A stretch of 61,582 nt of DNA, filler included. It is 5 parts of 5 records of this genome, joined end to end, with 100 filler letters (N's around TTAATTAATTAA, not from the genome) between each part and the next. Parts side by side here need not be neighbours in the genome. Positions count along the whole stretch, not along the records: positions 13,750 to 28,053 come from SRR31156797_44796; positions 28,154 to 33,762 come from SRR31156797_44900; 3 more parts are not named here. One strand, given 5' to 3'. The notes beneath the pieces were generated by a model, which worked only from the letters and a program-made list of their open reading frames with translations, made no database searches and was not told the DNA's origin. Shown here in pieces: positions 21,901 through 30,343 of the stretch. The translations under genes were made by a program, and so were the position numbers. Position 1 is the stretch's first letter, and each line of letters starts with the position of its first letter.

Positions 21901-22073
21901 AACCTCTTCAGCCAACCTAATTCTTCGGACCTGCGCAAAAGATCGAATAACGGTCCCGGAGTCAAGGGCGCCAGGGCCCCGAGCACTTCTATGGAGACCG
22001 GTTGGTCAAAGAGGTGAAGCGCGGCTAAAAACTGCCACTGGCCTGAAGAAAAATCCGGCGGATTCTCGGTCAT
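18972..22073 (-). CDS. Sigma-54-dependent transcriptional activator with long helical/TPR-like N-terminus, GAF, AAA+ and HTH domains
   Basis: GETGVGKE, ELFGHEKGAFTGA, LFIDEV, FREDLYYRL, WPGNVREL; C-terminal HTH; GAF-like ILCLPL..GVLYFDN. Confidence 0.92.
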   Translation of the reverse strand: MTENPPDFSSGQWQFLAALHLFDQPVSIEVLGALAPLTPGPLFDLLRRSEELGWLKRLEGDRFELASGLPLYALEKFKKINTAERLSLMLDQFRRLDLGDRIGRTMLAHIYAEAGHDIEALEIEIELIIEAIKHNDFDAGLACLNKAEKRLPALVKNHEEGGRLAPAILQLSDRCFASGQGLIQSAAFLIAARDAAGRLGDQRSWAMANLHLGRLYYVGDRRVEALNLLAVGKEKVEELGDADIIDQAAEFLGLYYLMHGLFPDAARFFEGAIKVADFKSNDIFHPLSAIMFGLCEAYLGQFHRAVGRLDFFWHLARRRGQQGAAAVTRAVLGTVLLLIKRNQEALHHLKSARREAESAQNPLALYLANGGLAYYYFLEGNIKRTYDLLTESLVRTVDSGIVRQYSSPWVLEMIFELEKNGFIVFPDHSFEDYFERAMIEPNIHIRGVALRLRAKGALDRGEDREAALKDLLLSQDYLLRAGDPVQLAKTRLELALLKLDEGQTEESRDLAQQARQGLSGYWEELFPDGLRFLLESRQPDKRNGDSPEEILRRFMEISEDLIPKPTRDEVLQQLVSAMNRFFMSERGGLFWFSGESGKPELRATRNLAQSEVWSEAFRPNLALVFKSFRENRPLTSIPQAPDRISGGKVRAILCLPLKINGKVRGVLYFDNSYLDNCFDFAQGPLLNLLTQHLTSYVERIWEYGRMLEDAKKAAIDKPGRQEASNGREIISTSRAMARVLAQSDRTAKSGASVLISGETGVGKELLARWIHQRSHRNQGPFVVVDPTTIPENLVESELFGHEKGAFTGADRRKPGRLEMADGGTLFIDEVGEIPHHLQAKFLRVIQEKSFVRIGGHKNLYSDFRLLTATNRDLANEVSAGRFREDLYYRLNVLELTLPPLRERPEDIILLARHFLGIYTRKHNRPALALSPEDEDMLKRYGWPGNVRELQNVMERAVLMSPEERLELNVAVEEQKDSLHPFEDLPDMDELQRRYISYVLQKTGGLVGGEKGAAALLGLKRTTLHSRMKKLGMD

Positions 22074-22253
22074 GAGCTGCCTCTATTTGTGGAAAAAGGA
22101 TGAGACCAGTTTTTCATATCATAAGAAAACTGTCAAGCCCGGGTGACTAAATATCGTCATAAAGGAGACTGAATATCGTAAGAAGGCTCTGGATAGAAAA
22201 ATCATAAATTGAATAATTAATTGATTTAAGACTGTTAACTCTACAAGGGAAGT

Positions 22254-22268
22254 TGGCCCGAATGTTGC
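22254..22268 (+). promoter_or_regulatory. Sigma-54 (-24/-12) promoter
   Basis: TGGCCCGAATGTTGC matches TGGCACG-N4-TTGC with exact GG/GC spacing; divergent from the sigma-54 activator gene, with an AT-rich tract upstream. Confidence 0.75.
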
Positions 22269-22527
22269 CTGTTATTATCCTATCTCAAAAGTCATAAATC
22301 GATGGAACGGCCGGGCGTTTACTGTTCAATCCGGCTGAACCCGCCCTGTTAGTCAAAATAGCGTCGGCTTTTAAGCCGGTGGCAACCATATCCGTTCAAA
22401 AAAAGGAGGTGACTAAAAATTATCGTTGAGGACGCCCGCGGGTCGTTTCAGTAAAACGACAGCGGGATCAGGAAACATGGTTGAAAACTTGTTAGGCGAA
22501 ATTCCCGAAAACGGTGCAAGGTGAAAA

Positions 22528-22709
22528 CCAGCCCGGATTATTAATGAAGTTTTGTTACGAGGGCGAGAAAGCATCAGCGAAACACGAAGTTGGACCGATT
22601 TTTCATCGCAGGCATACTTGACAGTCTGTTGAGATGAAAAATCGGGAAACGAGTGTTGCAGCAATGATTTCTCGTCCGCAGTAGAAAGTTCATTAATAAT
22701 CCGGGCTAG
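22528..22709. mobile_element. MITE-like long imperfect palindrome
   Basis: 19-bp perfect terminal inverted repeats (22530-22548 / 22689-22707), an inner 13-bp inverted repeat (22595-22607 / 22633-22645), ends CCAG / CTAG. Confidence 0.6.
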
Positions 22710-22757
22710 GCGCCGCAACTATTTCAAAAACAAATTCCGGGACAAGAAGGGGGAATT

Positions 22758-25088
22758 ATGGGCTTAAGAGAACTGAACGTCGATTTGACCAAGGAACATG
22801 TTGCGTTATGGGACGCGACCAAGAAGTTTATGACCGACGTCTGGCGTCCCGCTGCCATTGAATTGGACAAGAAAGCGGATCCGGCGGATGTGATTGCAGA
22901 AGATTCGATTTTATGGAATGTGCTTCGCCAGAGTTATGAACTGGGTTATCATGCAACCATGTTTCCCGAAGAATTCGGGGGCACGGACCTGGACATCCTG
23001 AGCACGGCCCTTGTTTCCGAATTATGGGGCTGGGCCGCTCCCGACCTGGCCGTCAGTCTCGGGGTATGCACAACGCCTTATTTTTGGGCCGCCTTGTCCC
23101 CTCATCCGGACATGCAGGCCTTGACCCGCGCCTTTACCGAGGATACCGAAGCAAAATACACCGGCTGCTGGGCCATCACCGAGCCGGATCATGGATCGGA
23201 CTGGATCCTTTTCGACAATGAAGAATTCGGCGGGGACGCCAAAATCGCCCCACAGGTGCGGGCCGTCCTTGATGGCGACAGTTACGTAATCAACGGGCAA
23301 AAAGCAGCCTGGGTCTCCAACGGCAGTTTTGCAAAATACGCCGCCCTGTGGGTTTCCCTTGATCCTTCCAAAGGCATGGGCGGGGGCGGCGTGGCCGTGC
23401 TTCCGCTGGATTTACCCGGTATAAGCCGAGGCAAGCCCCTGGACAAGCTGGGCCAGCGCGCCCTGAACCAGGGAGAAATTTTCTTCGATAACGTGCGCAT
23501 ACCCAAGCACATGATGGTGGCTGAAGATCCCGTCACCTTCAAACTGATTTCCAACGGGCAGCTCGGCCTGGCCAACGGCTGGATGGGCCTGACTTTTGCC
23601 GGATGCGGCCTGGCGGCCCTGGAAGAAGCATTGACCTACGCCCAGGAAAGGGTGCAGGGCGGCCGCCCCATTTACAACCACCAGAACGTGAAGCTCAAAC
23701 TGTTTGACATGTTCGCTTCAGTGGAAGCGGCCCGTTCCCTGGCGCGGAGAACGGCTGTATATAACAAGGCCCTGTTCGACCAGATGCAGCCCACGGCCGT
23801 ACACTATGCCATGGCTTCAAAAATCATGTCCACGGAGACGGCTTTCAGGGTGGCCAGCCAGGCCATACAGATCCACGGCGGTTACGGGCTTTCCAAGGAA
23901 TACCTTATTGAGAAAATATTCCGGGACGCCAGGGCCGCCCTGATCGAAGACGGGGCCAACGAAACCCTGGCCATAGACGGCGCCGATCGACTCAGGGCCG
24001 GAAGATCCAGATGGGTGGTCCAGGAAGGGTCCGCGGCCGGCGTCGCACCCCCGGCCGGAGCCGAAGCCGTCACCTGGGAAGATATTGAGCCCATGGTCCG
24101 CCCCGAACAGGGAACCGTCCACATGGGCGTGATGAAAGTTGATGCGGACGCGTGCACAAGCTGTGGTCAGTGCATTCTCAACTGCCCGTTCCGGGCCTGG
24201 GAAATGGGCGATGACGACGTCCCGCAGTTAAAGGAAAACTACGCCTGCTTCAGTTGCTACAACTGCATGGTCGTCTGCCCGGTCGAAGCCATTTCCATTG
24301 AACAGCCGTACAGGGTGGACAGCGGTTTCTTCCAAAGCGACCCCTGCCCCGTTCCGGCCGTCCCACCCAGGGAGGCTTATAATGCAGAAGGCGAAAAGGA
24401 TCAATGGACAGAAATCGAAAGGCTCATTTTCGAACGCCGCAGCGTCCGTAACTTCAAGCCCGATCCGGTCCCGGAAACCCTTATTAACAGGGTTATAGAA
24501 GCGGGCCGTTTCGCCCCCAGCAGCGGCAACTGTCAGCCCTGGAAATTTATCGTGGTCACGGACAAGGCCCTGATCGCGGAAATTAACGAAACATGCTTCA
24601 ACATATGCAGCATGATGTATTCCACATACAACAACGACGCCCTGGTCAAGGGCCTGACCCAGGTCTATCAACAGGCCCCGCAGCCGGGCATTTTCGATCC
24701 GCGCATCGTGCTTGGAGGCATGGGCAGCATTGCCGCTCAAAACGCCCCCACACTCCTGGATGCGCCCGTGGTCATACTGATGGCCTGCGACGACAGGTCT
24801 ATCGGCGGCCCCCAGATTCAGGCCGGCATTGCCGGGCAGAACATGAATCTGGCCGCCATGTCCTTGGGACTCGGATTCTGTTGGGTCGGCTTCACCCAGC
24901 TTGTAGAAATGAACCCCATGTTAAAGGAAAAACTGGGTCTTCAGGATCCCTGGAAAATTAACACGTCACTGGTTCTCGGATACCCGGCCTTCAAACAGGA
25001 AGGCGTCGTTCCACGGGAATTCCGGCCTATAACCTGGTTCCGCGAAGGCGGAAGCGGACCGGAAATTGAGGAGGCTCCTGAAAACTAA
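22758..25088 (+). CDS. Acyl-CoA dehydrogenase / 2x[4Fe-4S] ferredoxin / nitroreductase fusion protein
   Basis: ACAD motifs WAITEPDHGSD, INGQKAWVSNG, QIHGGYG; CTSCGQCILNCP and CFSCYNCMVVCP; nitroreductase motifs RRSVRNF and APSSGNCQPW. Confidence 0.88.
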   Translation: MGLRELNVDLTKEHVALWDATKKFMTDVWRPAAIELDKKADPADVIAEDSILWNVLRQSYELGYHATMFPEEFGGTDLDILSTALVSELWGWAAPDLAVSLGVCTTPYFWAALSPHPDMQALTRAFTEDTEAKYTGCWAITEPDHGSDWILFDNEEFGGDAKIAPQVRAVLDGDSYVINGQKAAWVSNGSFAKYAALWVSLDPSKGMGGGGVAVLPLDLPGISRGKPLDKLGQRALNQGEIFFDNVRIPKHMMVAEDPVTFKLISNGQLGLANGWMGLTFAGCGLAALEEALTYAQERVQGGRPIYNHQNVKLKLFDMFASVEAARSLARRTAVYNKALFDQMQPTAVHYAMASKIMSTETAFRVASQAIQIHGGYGLSKEYLIEKIFRDARAALIEDGANETLAIDGADRLRAGRSRWVVQEGSAAGVAPPAGAEAVTWEDIEPMVRPEQGTVHMGVMKVDADACTSCGQCILNCPFRAWEMGDDDVPQLKENYACFSCYNCMVVCPVEAISIEQPYRVDSGFFQSDPCPVPAVPPREAYNAEGEKDQWTEIERLIFERRSVRNFKPDPVPETLINRVIEAGRFAPSSGNCQPWKFIVVTDKALIAEINETCFNICSMMYSTYNNDALVKGLTQVYQQAPQPGIFDPRIVLGGMGSIAAQNAPTLLDAPVVILMACDDRSIGGPQIQAGIAGQNMNLAAMSLGLGFCWVGFTQLVEMNPMLKEKLGLQDPWKINTSLVLGYPAFKQEGVVPREFRPITWFREGGSGPEIEEAPEN

Positions 25089-25098
25089 AAAAGCATAA

Positions 25099-25139
25099 CC
25101 GATCCGGCGCGGCCGGCAATAATCGCCGCGCCGGATCGG
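25099..25139 (+). other. Intercistronic 15-bp perfect hairpin
   Basis: CCGATCCGGCGCGGC / GCCGCGCCGGATCGG arms with no U-tract. Confidence 0.6.
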
Positions 25140-25170
25140 GAGTTCTGCATTTGAAAAATAAGGAGTTGAC

Positions 25171-26778
25171 ATGGCGGAAAGTAAAATACCCGGGGTCTTC
25201 GCCTTTGACATGGCGGCCAAGGCCGAAGACCAACCCGATTTTGAAGTAATCACATTTGAAAACGATCCGTACCCGGATGAAGTTCTCACGTATGGCAATC
25301 TGGTAAATAAAGGGAACAAGCTCGTTCAGGCCTTGAAAAACATAGGCATCGGAAAAGGCGATTCCTTTTCCCTGGTTATGCGCAATCATCCGGAGCTGGT
25401 CGCGGCCATGTACGCGGCTTCCGCCCTGGGCGCGATAGTTGTGCCCATCGATCCCCGTTCCAAGGGGGACAAGCTCAGCTACCAGATAAAGGACTCGGGA
25501 TCAAAGGGCGTTATTTTCGCGGCCGAATTCATGGATACGATGAAAGAAGCTCTATCCTTATTGCCGGATGTAAAAACCGCGGGCGTTTTGTATCGGGACG
25601 GCTTCAGTCCGCAGGCATCTTCGGAATATCCCGACCTGGATGAAATACTGTCAGGCCCGGAAGCTCCCGGACTGGAAATTGACGGGCAGCAGCCCGACGA
25701 CCATCTCATGATTATATACACTTCCGGCACCACCGGAAATCCCAAGGGGGTGAAAGTCAGGGGCGACCGGACCCAGGCCTTCGCCCTGCTGGCCCAGCTT
25801 GTCTGGCAATTCACGCCCGAAGACCGTCTTTACACGGGGTTGTCATTAACTCACGGCAACGCCCACGCCGTCACCCTTACTCCCTCCCTGAGCCTGGGCA
25901 TCCCTTCCGTGATATCCCGAAAATTCACCAAGAGCCGAATCTGGGATATCTGCCGTAAATATGGCTGCACTTCCTTTTCCCTCTTGGGCGGCATGATGAT
26001 GGGCATTTATTCGGAACCGGCCCGCCCTGAAGACGCTGACAATCCGGTTCGAAAGGTCATCAGCGCCGGAACTCCTTTGGCTATATGGGAAGCATTTGAA
26101 AAGCGCTTCAATACCCAAATCCACGAATGGTATGGAGCCGTGGAAGGCGGTTTTGCCCACAAGCCTCCGGGGGAAGGCCCTATCGGCTCGTTCGGCAAAC
26201 CGCTGGACGGGCTCATGGAAATGAAAGTGGTGCGCGAGGACGACGGCGAATGTGAACCCGGCGAGATTGGAGAGCTCATTTCCAAAATGACCATGTCCCC
26301 GACTGAAGTTGAATACCACGGTAATCAGGAAGCGTCGGAAGCCAAGACCAGAGGCGGCTGGCTTCGGTCCGGCGACATGTGCCACCGGGATGAGGACGGC
26401 TGGTTCTTCTTTGATTTTCGTAAGGGCGGGGGGCTTAGAAGGCAAGGCGATTTTATCATGCCCGAGTACGTGGAAAAGATAATCGCGGAAAGGCAGGACG
26501 TCGGCGAGGTCTGCGTTTACGGCATCCCGGCCGCTTCCGGGTCGCCGGGGGAAAGCGACCTGGTGGCCGCGGTCGTACCTTACCCGGGAAGCGAACTCGA
26601 TATAAAAGCTGTCTTTGAAGCTTGCCTGACCGGGTTGGATGCCAACAGCACCCCGTCGTACATCCAGGTGGTGGATAAAATACCCAAGACGATTTCGGAA
26701 AAATATCTGGACCGCCTGTTGCGGGAACAGTTCAGCCCGGACAGCGATAACGTTTATAAACTGGAAGATTTTAAATAG
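25171..26778 (+). CDS. AMP-dependent acyl-CoA synthetase (CaiC-like)
   Basis: YTSGTTGNPKG, WYGAVEG and GWLRSGD; AAGGAG RBS. Confidence 0.92.
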   Translation: MAESKIPGVFAFDMAAKAEDQPDFEVITFENDPYPDEVLTYGNLVNKGNKLVQALKNIGIGKGDSFSLVMRNHPELVAAMYAASALGAIVVPIDPRSKGDKLSYQIKDSGSKGVIFAAEFMDTMKEALSLLPDVKTAGVLYRDGFSPQASSEYPDLDEILSGPEAPGLEIDGQQPDDHLMIIYTSGTTGNPKGVKVRGDRTQAFALLAQLVWQFTPEDRLYTGLSLTHGNAHAVTLTPSLSLGIPSVISRKFTKSRIWDICRKYGCTSFSLLGGMMMGIYSEPARPEDADNPVRKVISAGTPLAIWEAFEKRFNTQIHEWYGAVEGGFAHKPPGEGPIGSFGKPLDGLMEMKVVREDDGECEPGEIGELISKMTMSPTEVEYHGNQEASEAKTRGGWLRSGDMCHRDEDGWFFFDFRKGGGLRRQGDFIMPEYVEKIIAERQDVGEVCVYGIPAASGSPGESDLVAAVVPYPGSELDIKAVFEACLTGLDANSTPSYIQVVDKIPKTISEKYLDRLLREQFSPDSDNVYKLEDFK

Positions 26779-26795
26779 AGGAAAGGGAACGGACA

Positions 26796-28043
26796 ATGCG
26801 AAAAGTCAAAGTCATCGGCGGCGCCGTAACCAGGTTCGGAAAACACATGGACCGGAACATGAAATCCCTGGTCGCCGAAGCAGTCAATGGCGCCCTTAAC
26901 AATGCGGGCGTCACAAAGGAACAGCTTCAGGGCGCCTGGGTGGGCAATGCGGCCCAAGGCATTCTCCAGGGCCAGGAATCCGTCCGAGGACAGGTTGTGC
27001 TTAGGGATATGGGCATCGGTCGGATTCCGGTGATTAATGTGGAAAACGCGTGCGCATCATCGGCCACGGCCTTGAACGGCGCATGGGCCATGACCGCCCT
27101 GGGTGAAATAGATGTGGCCCTGGTAGTGGGCATGGAAAAAATGTATTTCGAGGAAAAGGGCAAGGTGCTGGGCGCTTTTACCGGGGCCATGGATGTTGAA
27201 ATTCTGCCCCAGCTTCTCGAAGCCTTTAAAAAACAGGAAGAGAAAGTAAAACAGGAGCAGCAGGCCAGGGGCGAAACGGAAAAGAAAAAATCCGGACAGC
27301 GCACCGTGTTTATGGATGTGTACGCCTGGGCGGCCAGGAATCATATGGATAAATATGGGACCACCCAGAGGCAGCTTGCCGCCATATCATCCAAAAACCA
27401 TTTTCATTCGTCCATGAATCCTTTGGCTCAATACCAGACCAAATTTACTATTGAAGAAGTATTGGAAGCCCCGGAAGTGGCCTGGCCCTTGACCCGCCCC
27501 ATGTGTTCGCCCATCGGCGACGGCGCTGCGGCCGCGATTATCTGTTCGGAAGATTTTGCCAAAAAGATCGGCGCGAGCCGGGGCGCGGAAATAGCCGCCT
27601 GCATGCTGGCCAGCGGTGAAGATCCCGTGGAAGGCGAAGAAAGAAGGACCCTGGCCAGGTTGGCCCAAATGGCTTATGAAAAAGCCGGCATCGGACCTGA
27701 AGACATCGACCTGGCGGAAGTCCACGACGCCACAGCCTTTGGCGAACTATACGTGACGGAAGAACTCGGCCTTTGCCCTGTGGGGGAAGGCGGCCGTTTT
27801 GCCGAGGAAGGCCATACAACCTTGGGCGGCAAGGTTCCGGTCAATGTTTCCGGCGGCCTGGAATCCATGGGGCATCCCGTCGGGGCCACCGGCATCCGCC
27901 AGGCGGTGGAAATTTTCTGGCACCTTTCAGGACAGGCCGGAGAGCGCCAGGTGCAAGGGGCAAAGGTCGGCTTGGCCCAGAACGCCGGAGGCACGGTCGG
28001 CTTCTCCGAAGCAGCCCTTTCCCTGACCATATTAAAAGCATAG
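26796..28043 (+). CDS. Thiolase family protein (SCP-x/lipid-transfer type)
   Basis: VENACASS, CSPIGDGAAA, AEVHDA, NVSGGL..GHPVGATG. Confidence 0.92.
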   Translation: MRKVKVIGGAVTRFGKHMDRNMKSLVAEAVNGALNNAGVTKEQLQGAWVGNAAQGILQGQESVRGQVVLRDMGIGRIPVINVENACASSATALNGAWAMTALGEIDVALVVGMEKMYFEEKGKVLGAFTGAMDVEILPQLLEAFKKQEEKVKQEQQARGETEKKKSGQRTVFMDVYAWAARNHMDKYGTTQRQLAAISSKNHFHSSMNPLAQYQTKFTIEEVLEAPEVAWPLTRPMCSPIGDGAAAAIICSEDFAKKIGASRGAEIAACMLASGEDPVEGEERRTLARLAQMAYEKAGIGPEDIDLAEVHDATAFGELYVTEELGLCPVGEGGRFAEEGHTTLGGKVPVNVSGGLESMGHPVGATGIRQAVEIFWHLSGQAGERQVQGAKVGLAQNAGGTVGFSEAALSLTILKA

Positions 28044-28053
28044 ACGACCAAGG

Positions 28054-28153
28054 NNNNNNNNNNNNNNNNNNNNNNNNNNNNNNNNNNNNNNNNNNNNTTA
28101 ATTAATTAANNNNNNNNNNNNNNNNNNNNNNNNNNNNNNNNNNNNNNNNNNNN
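28054..28153. other. Artificial contig linker
   Basis: N-run + TTAATTAATTAA + N-run. Confidence 0.98.
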
Positions 28154-28192
28154 CAGGACTCGAAGCCTAAGGCACTAAAAAAAGAAAAGCAT

Positions 28193-28234
28193 GAAAAACG
28201 GCTCACGAGAAAATCGCGGGCCGTTTTTCTTTTT
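28193..28234. terminator. Probable bidirectional intrinsic terminator
   Basis: GAAAAACGGC...GCCGTTTTTC stem flanked by A- and T-rich tracts, just past the USP stop codon. Confidence 0.6.
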
Positions 28235-28251
28235 AATAACAGGCGGGATAT

Positions 28252-28698
28252 TTATGAGATTTTACGAGAGTGCTTGACCAAAAGAACCGGAACCGAACAG
28301 CGATACAACACGTAATTTGTAACGCTGCCCATATACCAATCCTGAAACTCGGTCATGCCGCTTTCAGCAATAACCAACATGTCTACATTTTCACTCTGAG
28401 CCGTGTAACAGATAAGAGCGCCGGGATCGCCGCTGGTTATAATTTTTTTATGCTCAATACCGGCTTTTTTAAGAATATCCGCGGCGTCGGCCAGGGCCTT
28501 TTCCGCGTGTTTTCTTTTAGTTTCCAAAATAGTCTCTTTTAAACCCGGGTCGATTCCATGTCCGTCTAGCTCTTTTGTATTAAGCACGTTAAGAAGCACG
28601 GCTTTAAGAGGCATTTTTTCATTAAGCGTCACCGTATATTCTTCTGCATCTCTGGAATTACGGGTGCTGTCCACCGGGATCAATACTGTTGCCGACAT
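28252..28698 (-). CDS. Universal stress protein (UspA family)
   Basis: VLIPVDST, GDPG..I, DMLVI, GSVTNYVL...VPVLLVK. Confidence 0.92.
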   Translation of the reverse strand: MSATVLIPVDSTRNSRDAEEYTVTLNEKMPLKAVLLNVLNTKELDGHGIDPGLKETILETKRKHAEKALADAADILKKAGIEHKKIITSGDPGALICYTAQSENVDMLVIAESGMTEFQDWYMGSVTNYVLYRCSVPVLLVKHSRKIS

Positions 28699-28807
28699 GC
28701 GCCACCTCTCATAATTATTTGGAATAAATAAAGACTATCATCGGCGGGCCCGAAAATCAAGAAACAAGACTTGGGGCTCGCCGATAATCGTTTCCGGATT
28801 AATACAG

Positions 28808-30121
28808 TTATCTCGGGTCTCTACCTCCGTTATCCATCAATGCCGTAACCGGTTCAAGCCCATACGGCGTTCCCTCTTCTATGGCTTTCAAAACCGTGCC
28901 GCCTCCGGTGAAGAAATAATACTGTGCACTGTCCATTGCAGCCAGGTACAAACCGGGGCTGAGGTTTTTAAACTCCTGAAGCGTGTCTCCGCCTCCATAT
29001 AGTTTTTGGGCTTCATGGTTGTTGTCGATTGTTCGGTCAAGCTTTTCAGAGCCTTCGAAAAAATGAGGCGTAAATCCCATAACAGCGTTAACAAAAATCG
29101 TTTTTGCATCGGATATAGCCTCGGCCACGCCCGGAGCTTCAAAAGATTCCGGCGCAACATCAAGAAAATATCCGTATTCATCCCCGGATTTAAAATCGGC
29201 TATATTAACCTTTCGGTATTTGCCTTCAATCCGTCCTTCAATGGAATCCGATTCAACAACAATAGGAAGTTCCGTTACTTTGCCCGCATCCTTGTCCTGA
29301 TCAACCAGCGCCTTGGCCGCCTCGATATCGGATTCACTCACGCCGGCCACCCGTATTCCATACTTGGCGCATAAATAAGTATTGTAGATAACTCCGCCCA
29401 AAATAAGATGGTCGACTTTTTTATATATTTCGTTAAGAGGCCCGATCTTGGTATCATATTTCGAACCGGCGACAACTGCCACGACCGGCCTCTCCGGCTC
29501 CAGAATGTGACGCAGATTTATAAGCTCTTTTTGCATTAAAAATCCGGCATAGCTGGGCAGATGTTTGGTCACGTCAAAAGTCGAGGCGTGAGGCTGCCAG
29601 GAGCCGAAAGCATCGTTAACGTAAACATCGGCCAAGCCGGCCAATTGACGGGAAAACCGGTCCCTTTGCTCGCCTTTTGTTTCTTCCCCCTCAAACCAAC
29701 GGGTGTTGGGAAGGTAAATGCCTCCTATACGATGAGCTCTCAGGTCCCTGATGTGCCAGTTGATGGAAGTGTCTATTTCGCGCACGCCCCTTTCCGGGTC
29801 AACGGGAAATTGAGGAATTGCGAACTTTGTATGAAGTTTGCGCTCGAGATATTCGACTATTGGTTCGACAGACGTATCCGGACCTGGAGTAATATGCCCG
29901 GTTTTCTTATCCTTGGGCCGGCCGACATGGGTCATTATTATGGGCCGCCCTCCCCTTTCAACTATGTTGTATAGGGTGCCCAAGGTGGCGTCTATTCTGT
30001 ATGGGTCCCGAATTTCCCCTTTTTTAACAACGTTATGGTCGACGCGGACCAAAACCACTTTGTCCACCAGGTCGGCGTCCTGAATTAAAGGCAGCCTGCT
30101 GTCTATTTCCATGCTGGTCAT
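28808..30121 (-). CDS. pgk: Phosphoglycerate kinase (divergent type)
   Basis: VLVRVDHNV, RI, THVGRP, YVNDAFG, GGGDT, TGGG. Confidence 0.85.
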   Translation of the reverse strand: MTSMEIDSRLPLIQDADLVDKVVLVRVDHNVVKKGEIRDPYRIDATLGTLYNIVERGGRPIIMTHVGRPKDKKTGHITPGPDTSVEPIVEYLERKLHTKFAIPQFPVDPERGVREIDTSINWHIRDLRAHRIGGIYLPNTRWFEGEETKGEQRDRFSRQLAGLADVYVNDAFGSWQPHASTFDVTKHLPSYAGFLMQKELINLRHILEPERPVVAVVAGSKYDTKIGPLNEIYKKVDHLILGGVIYNTYLCAKYGIRVAGVSESDIEAAKALVDQDKDAGKVTELPIVVESDSIEGRIEGKYRKVNIADFKSGDEYGYFLDVAPESFEAPGVAEAISDAKTIFVNAVMGFTPHFFEGSEKLDRTIDNNHEAQKLYGGGDTLQEFKNLSPGLYLAAMDSAQYYFFTGGGTVLKAIEEGTPYGLEPVTALMDNGGRDPR

Positions 30122-30343
30122 GATGACTCCTTATGATTCAAATTATGTTGGTAATAATAATGTAAGCTTTATATTGTCAGCGGGCTTAATTCCCGCATGG
30201 TTTTATCCGCCCCGTAACCGGCTGCTAACTAATCTCCAAAAACAATGCGGCCCTGATCGGAGCATAGAAAATTACAGATGGTCAATAATTTGATTATACT
30301 TTTATAAATGGTTTGAATTCAAGTTTTCTCAACACAGGATGTT

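Noticed and set aside
22530-22707. 6S RNA interpretation of the long hairpin
   Set aside because: The size fits, but perfect terminal repeats, CYAG ends and a position inside an operon leader favour a MITE; cannot be excluded without an Rfam search
22413-22718. 101-aa minus-strand ORF
   Set aside because: It lies across the palindromic element and reads as a shadow translation of it
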